In this document: piece after piece, positions 61,397 to 64,000 of the stretch
How the letters are laid out: each line of letters opens with the position of its first letter
Numbering within the stretch: the stretch's first letter is position 1
Assembly (NCBI GenBank): GCA_014727915.1
Contig: WJMO01000006.1
Coordinates: forward strand, 288,001 to 352,000
DNA length: 64,000 nucleotides
Origin: Candidatus Altiarchaeales archaeon
GTDB taxonomy: Archaea; Altiarchaeota; Altiarchaeia; IMC4; SCGC-AAA252-I15
Direction of reading: 5' to 3'
Notes under the pieces: generated by a model
Told to the model about the DNA's origin: nothing
Database searches by the model: none
What the model saw: the letters and a program-made list of their open reading frames with translations, nothing else
Translations under genes and position numbers: made by a program

Positions 61397-62077
61397 CTAG
61401 ACCAGGACCTTCTCGTTGGGATAGAGTATCATGCCCCCTTTGCCAAGGCGGTATACTATCTCCTGCTTTGTGTGGTCGGTGCCGCGCATCTTGAACACCT
61501 CCAAAGTCCGCACCCGCTCCTGGCCGATCTTCACATAGTACAGGTGGATGATCGTGTCTACCAGGTATTCGACGCCGAACCGTGCAGCGCCGGACTCGAC
61601 TTCGCTCGTGACCAGCACCGTCGCACCCCACTTCTCCATGGCCTCGAACAACACCATCAACGCGTTCCTCTGGGCTGTCTCCGCGTTGTATGCTAGCATG
61701 AGCGCGGTGACACTGTCCAAGACCACCCTCTTGATCTGATGGGGTTTGAAGTACTCCTCGAAGCTTATAAGCCCCTGGTCGAGGAGGTTCCTCATCTCCG
61801 AGACTGTTGTCTTGTGGAATATGAGCTTGCCCTCGTCTTCGAGCTTCTGCATGTCGAAGCCGAAACCTTCCATGTTACTGTAGAACTTGTCCCTCTTCTC
61901 CTCCACTGAGACGTAAAGGCATGTCTCCCCGGCCTCGGCGCCTGCCATAATGTAATGGACGGAGAACACGGACTTTCCGCAGCCGGGCTCCCCTGCTATC
62001 AGATTGATGCTCCCCGGCTTAAGACCCCCGCCTATGAGCTCGTCCAATCCCTTAACTCCGGTGGACAACCGTTCCAT
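61397..62077 (-). CDS. KaiC-like/RecA-superfamily ATPase (single domain)
   Basis: STGV.GLD, GEPGCGKS, VLDS, KMRGT.H. Confidence 0.92.
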   Translation of the reverse strand: MERLSTGVKGLDELIGGGLKPGSINLIAGEPGCGKSVFSVHYIMAGAEAGETCLYVSVEEKRDKFYSNMEGFGFDMQKLEDEGKLIFHKTTVSEMRNLLDQGLISFEEYFKPHQIKRVVLDSVTALMLAYNAETAQRNALMVLFEAMEKWGATVLVTSEVESGAARFGVEYLVDTIIHLYYVKIGQERVRTLEVFKMRGTDHTKQEIVYRLGKGGMILYPNEKVLV

Positions 62078-62394
62078 GTGAAAGAATGAGAATATAAAAT
62101 TAAATAGGGGATGTTTTCACCGGGTCATCCTGTGCCTGCCACCACCAGGGGACTGTCTATCAACCCGGGCGGAGAAACGGTCGAATACTCCCTGATAGTT
62201 TGTGAGAGGGTCGGGCGGGGTGAAAAAACACCGGGGGGTCGACGACAACCCCGTCCGCGGAAGACATAAGAGAACAGGGGAAACACAGGCATAATACCGG
62301 TCAGAGTAAAGAAGCTTCAGAGAGTCCAGGGGGGGCCAGATTAATGCGACGCATTCTTTTAACCTGTGCTCCTCTAATAATATCCTGTCAATCC

Positions 62395-62467
62395 GGGACC
62401 GTGGGGTAGCTTGGTATCCTTCTAGCTTTGGGAGCTAGTGACTCGAGTTCGAATCTCGGCGGTCCCA
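62395..62467 (+). tRNA. tRNA-Pro(UGG), no intron
   Basis: Cloverleaf GGGACCG...CTAGC TTTGGGA GCTAG...TTCGAAT...CGGTCCC A. Confidence 0.95.
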
Positions 62468-62483
62468 ACCCTTATTTTCTTCT

Positions 62484-62963
62484 CTATTCTTCGTGCCATA
62501 GGTTTTTCAGCATCTTACGGCCGTACGGGAGGTCCATTATCAGGGTGTTCAGGTAGGCAGCGCACCTTCGGGAGTTCAGTTCTCCATCGGTTTGCTGCTG
62601 GAAGTCCGCTTCCACCGCGGCGCGGGCTGACTTCCGGCCTTTAACATTGGCGCCGGTCAGGTCGGCGAGAGCGTCCATGACCTCTCTCCTCTCATCCCTC
62701 CTTAGGCTGGCAGCCAACTCTAGGAAGGTCGAGGATACCATCCTCCCCCAGTCCGGTTTCAGAGGTTCCAGGTCTAGCCTCTGCCCCTCTACCATACGGC
62801 CGGGGCGGGCATGATGGCGGTCCAATCGCATCCTCTGCCAGCCAGTCCTCTTATCGGCGAGGACTTCGGCAAGTTCCATGGCAGACTCCAGCGCATCATA
62901 GGACACTGTACTATGCTCTTCTCCCTTGTCTTTCCTATTTTTTACCGACTTTTCGCCTTTCAT
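62484..62963 (-). CDS. Hypothetical protein
   Basis: 159-aa ORF; start overlaps the upstream gene's stop (ATGA). Confidence 0.65.
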   Translation of the reverse strand: MKGEKSVKNRKDKGEEHSTVSYDALESAMELAEVLADKRTGWQRMRLDRHHARPGRMVEGQRLDLEPLKPDWGRMVSSTFLELAASLRRDERREVMDALADLTGANVKGRKSARAAVEADFQQQTDGELNSRRCAAYLNTLIMDLPYGRKMLKNLWHEE

Positions 62964-63493
62964 CTTCCAATGAGCTTTTGGGGAGGGGTGGGCAGGTCCA
63001 TTGTACGTAGTTTCTCATGTCCCAGAACTTCATCGGCGTGGGGTAGAGCAGTCAGCAATTTGTAGATGATAACAGAAGACTGAAACGATGTCTTCCTGAC
63101 AACATCCTCGTTGCTAAGAGAGCCCAGGTCGCCTATGGGATGGGGTTCATCCAGTTTTTTCTTCATTAGCTCCTCTATCTGATCGTTTGTGTTGAGTTTG
63201 GTGCCTTCCCTCTCGGCCAGTGCGTCCAAGAGCTCATCCCTCGGTCGCTTGGAGAGGGTCGTGGTCAGCAGGTGTATGGCATACCTCGCCATCACTTCCT
63301 CTACTGGTCGGGGGTTATCCCGCTGTCCATTGTAGGTTAGATACTCTCTAAGGTGGGATGCCATGTTACGCTGTGTCATGAATGCAGTGAGAGGTTCTTC
63401 CAAGGGCAACGGGGTCTGCTCTACAGTCGGGGTACGGTCATCTTCTGGCGGCTTGTATATCTTCAGCTTGAACCTTCTGGTTTGTTTCTTCAT
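62960..63493 (-). CDS. Hypothetical protein
   Basis: 177-aa ORF starting 9 nt after rnz. Confidence 0.65.
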   Translation of the reverse strand: MKKQTRRFKLKIYKPPEDDRTPTVEQTPLPLEEPLTAFMTQRNMASHLREYLTYNGQRDNPRPVEEVMARYAIHLLTTTLSKRPRDELLDALAEREGTKLNTNDQIEELMKKKLDEPHPIGDLGSLSNEDVVRKTSFQSSVIIYKLLTALPHADEVLGHEKLRTMDLPTPPQKLIGR

Positions 63494-63502
63494 CTTCCCG
63501 AT

Positions 63503-64000
63503 TCACCAGTGTTTTCCTATCTTCACCTTCAATAGGTCCTCTGCGACATACGATTCAGGGAACACCTCCCGGGCCTCTTCCAGAAGAGCGTCTGGTTCAG
63601 GGTAGCGTTGGCTTATGTGGGTGAGGTATAGCTTCTTGACCCCTGCCTTCTTAGCTACTTCAGCAGCCTGCCTGGCGGTGGAGTGGGCGGCGTCCTCCGT
63701 GGCCTCCAGGTCAGCGTGACTGAACATGCTCTCGTGTATTAGCAAGTCAGCACCCTCAGCCAATTTTACAACAGCCCTGCAAAGTCTTGTATCGCCCGTG
63801 TAGACGACTTTCCTGCCGTCTATGGGGGGGTCAAGAACCTGCTCTGGAGCTATGGTTTTGCCGTTCACCTCGACCGGATCTCCGTCAGCGAGCTTTGTGA
63901 ACAGCGGACCCACCGGCACTCCCAGGTCGATGGCGGTCTGGCGGTTGAATTTGCGGTGCGGGTCCTCGGTGAAGCAGTAGGCTAGGCTGTTCCTTGTGTG
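63503..64000 (-). CDS. rnz: Ribonuclease Z (5'-truncated by window edge)
   Basis: GP-rich exosite, VYTGDT, LIHES, HST, LTHISQRY. Confidence 0.93.
   Translation of the reverse strand, partial: HTRNSLAYCFTEDPHRKFNRQTAIDLGVPVGPLFTKLADGDPVEVNGKTIAPEQVLDPPIDGRKVVYTGDTRLCRAVVKLAEGADLLIHESMFSHADLEATEDAAHSTARQAAEVAKKAGVKKLYLTHISQRYPEPDALLEEAREVFPESYVAEDLLKVKIGKHW

Noticed and set aside
62395-63500. Integrated element at tRNA-Pro
   Set aside because: No duplicate of the tRNA 3' end or integrase seen; the adjacent genes are coupled to rnz

Overview
Archaeal chromosomal window (TFE, thermosome, Taw1, BHB-intron tRNAs, archaeal 16S/23S and RNase P RNA, class III signal-peptide pilins). The pilin types, divergent rRNA and retained Arg/Asp-family biosynthesis would fit an Altiarchaeota/DPANN-like lineage, but that is inference. 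About 1-32 kb is a surface/glycosylation island: Cys- and Thr-rich pilin-like proteins, a 3005-aa CUB/GEVED/CARDB protein, several GT-C-type membrane glycosyltransferases (two fused to repeated jelly-roll domains), two GT2s, AsnB and a methyltransferase. 33-38 kb is a phosphodiesterase plus two arylsulfotransferase-like genes. 38-51 kb is housekeeping plus a prepilin peptidase and a pilin. 51-57 kb is a minus-strand 16S-tRNA-Ala(intron)-ORF-23S operon with no recognisable 5S, followed by an unassigned ~173-nt structured RNA and RNase P RNA. 57-64 kb holds pilins, tRNA-His(intron), argB, trkA, a KaiC-like ATPase, tRNA-Pro and partial RNase Z. Most notable: the structured RNA after 23S, homologous structured introns in tRNA-Ala and tRNA-His, peptidyl-transferase-centre substitutions (A2503C, U2453/U2499), lectin-like domains fused to GT-C modules, and a ~400-bp islet with a direct repeat at tRNA-His. 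All calls are by eye; no searches were run.
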